Below, one piece after another: positions 62,456 to 64,000 of a stretch of 64,000 nucleotides of DNA (its first letter is position 1; the number at the start of each line of letters is the position of its first letter). The stretch is from positions 39,538,635 to 39,602,634 of the forward strand of contig NC_057718.1 in assembly GCF_004010195.1 (NCBI RefSeq), read 5' to 3'. Under the pieces are notes generated by a model. That model ran no database searches. It saw nothing but the letters and a program-made list of their open reading frames with translations, and had not been told where the DNA came from. Position numbers and translations under genes: made by a program. The DNA is from Chiloscyllium plagiosum. Taxonomy: Eukaryota.

Positions 62456-63759
62456 TAAAGATTTATAACTAGTTATGTTTAATATGTTACCCAGAATCAC
62501 ACGATCTACAACATGTCACAAGATCGTATCACATTGTATTACATTAGTAGGAACTTATTTGAACTTTTATTCTCATGGTGTAAGAAAATAGTTCACCCAT
62601 TTACTGTCTTGTCAAATACAGTAGAGTACCAAATTTGAAATTAGTGACAATACCCTGTCATTTATTTTTGATATAATAAAACAAAAAAAAATCTTGTTTA
62701 CATTTCCCTGAAACGTCTTGGCCTGATCAATGTAAAAAGAAAATTGTGAAATCCTCATCAACATGTCTAACATTGTAGTGCAAACAGACTAGCTTGTTGA
62801 TAATTCTCTTAGGCTGGAGCCGTACTGCAGCTGCTCCTGAGACCAGTAATTGTGGCCTGCAGTGTGATTCAGATCAAACTGAAATGATCTGGAGAGAGTC
62901 TTGCAGTATTTGCTTTGCTGAGCACAGAAATCACATCAATATCTGACTGCTGAACTATGTTATCACTTTTTGCATAGCAATAAATCTTAATGGCTTGTCG
63001 TCGCACAAACACATCAGTACATGCTATCCCCCCCACCTTAGTCATCACGATCTTGATTACTTCGCCATAACATTTTACAGGAAGAACATCTTTTGACAAA
63101 TGTCTGAAAAAACACAAAGTTTGTCAATGAATCAAATGACTAATTTCTTACATTTGTTGATGCTGCAATGTTTTTGGCTACAAGTTTAACAATTAATTTA
63201 TCAACATGATAATTGCTTCTGAGAAGTTTATTTTCCAAATCTTAAAAGTTATTTGGTTACTGAATGATCAGTACCATATTGATTTATTGTATAAATGGAT
63301 TAGTAGAATTTTAGTAAGTGATCCGAAAAGCCACCAAATGTTTGGAGTCACAATTATGCGAAAATACCACAGAGAGTAGTTGAGTTTCAGTGGGTTGGGT
63401 AGAAATGTCAGTTTGGAATTTTTCTAAATCTTTAGTTGTTACCTGATTGCCAGGAACATCTGACTAATTTCAATTCACAGGTTACAAAAGAGACGTGTTT
63501 ATTGTTCAGTGCATTTCACTTAACTGTTAGTTTTACTATTTGTTCTTGCCAAATTGCTCTCCACCCCTCTTGAGTCTGTTGTCTCCTTGATAGTGCATAG
63601 TTCCACTGGTTCTGTGTGCCCACCAATGTTTAGTCCAAGTGCACGTTATTCATGTGTGAGCCTTGAATTCGAGCTTTAGTAGGTGATTTCAATGTGGGTA
63701 TATTAATCCTCTGCTCACCTGTCACCCACATGCATATTTCTATCAGACGTTTGCTGGGC

Positions 63760-64000
63760 TGCGACCATGACTGTGATTTCCTGGTCAAATATTTATATCC
63801 TGGCAGCAATGCCACCAATTATTGTAACTGGACAAGCACGTAAATGATGTCCACAAGAGCAGCTCAAAAGCTGGGAATTCTGCATCGAGTAACTAATCTG
63901 ACTTCCCAAAGCCTGTCCATCTTTTACAAGCCACAAATCAAGCATGGCAGAGTACTCGTACTTGCCAGGATAAATGCAGCTCCAACAACACGCAAGAGGG
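63760..64000 (+). mobile_element. LINE fragment of the same family as 29232-31805, running off the window end
   Basis: cttcccaaagcctgtccatc...gcagctccaacaacac is the reverse complement of the 29680-29800 region. Confidence 0.6.

Noticed and set aside
45300..64000. TRAF5 coding exons expected by synteny
   Set aside because: No RING motif (CGHRFC-like) or TRAF-domain translation was found; the gene assignment stays inferential and no symbol is given

Overview
Vertebrate genomic DNA, most likely a shark (HE1-type SINE and shark-type CR1/Penelope repeats; taxon is inferred). The window holds the last three coding exons of RCOR3/CoREST3 (+; 11589-11646, 16372-16613, 17878-18195) and a ~1.8 kb 3'UTR. 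A repeat-dense intergenic block follows, then two CpG-rich promoter/first-exon-like regions (~35.4-35.9 kb and ~44.8-45.3 kb) with ISRE, kappaB and ETS motifs. By vertebrate synteny these may belong to TRAF5, but no TRAF5 coding exon was recognised. Much of the window is decayed retroelements: CR1, L2-like and Tx1/L1 LINEs, a Gmr1-type Gypsy relic with integrase before RT, Penelope-like elements (PLEs), and HE1 and Deu-domain SINEs. There is a 400-N assembly gap. The most notable signal is a family of ~200-bp palindromic non-autonomous elements built from an inverted plus a direct copy of a PLE 3' terminus. They carry minimal hammerhead-ribozyme cores, a ~35-43 nt unpaired tail, ~14-bp target-site duplications, and arms that share copy-private substitutions. 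Repeat boundaries are approximate (read by eye).
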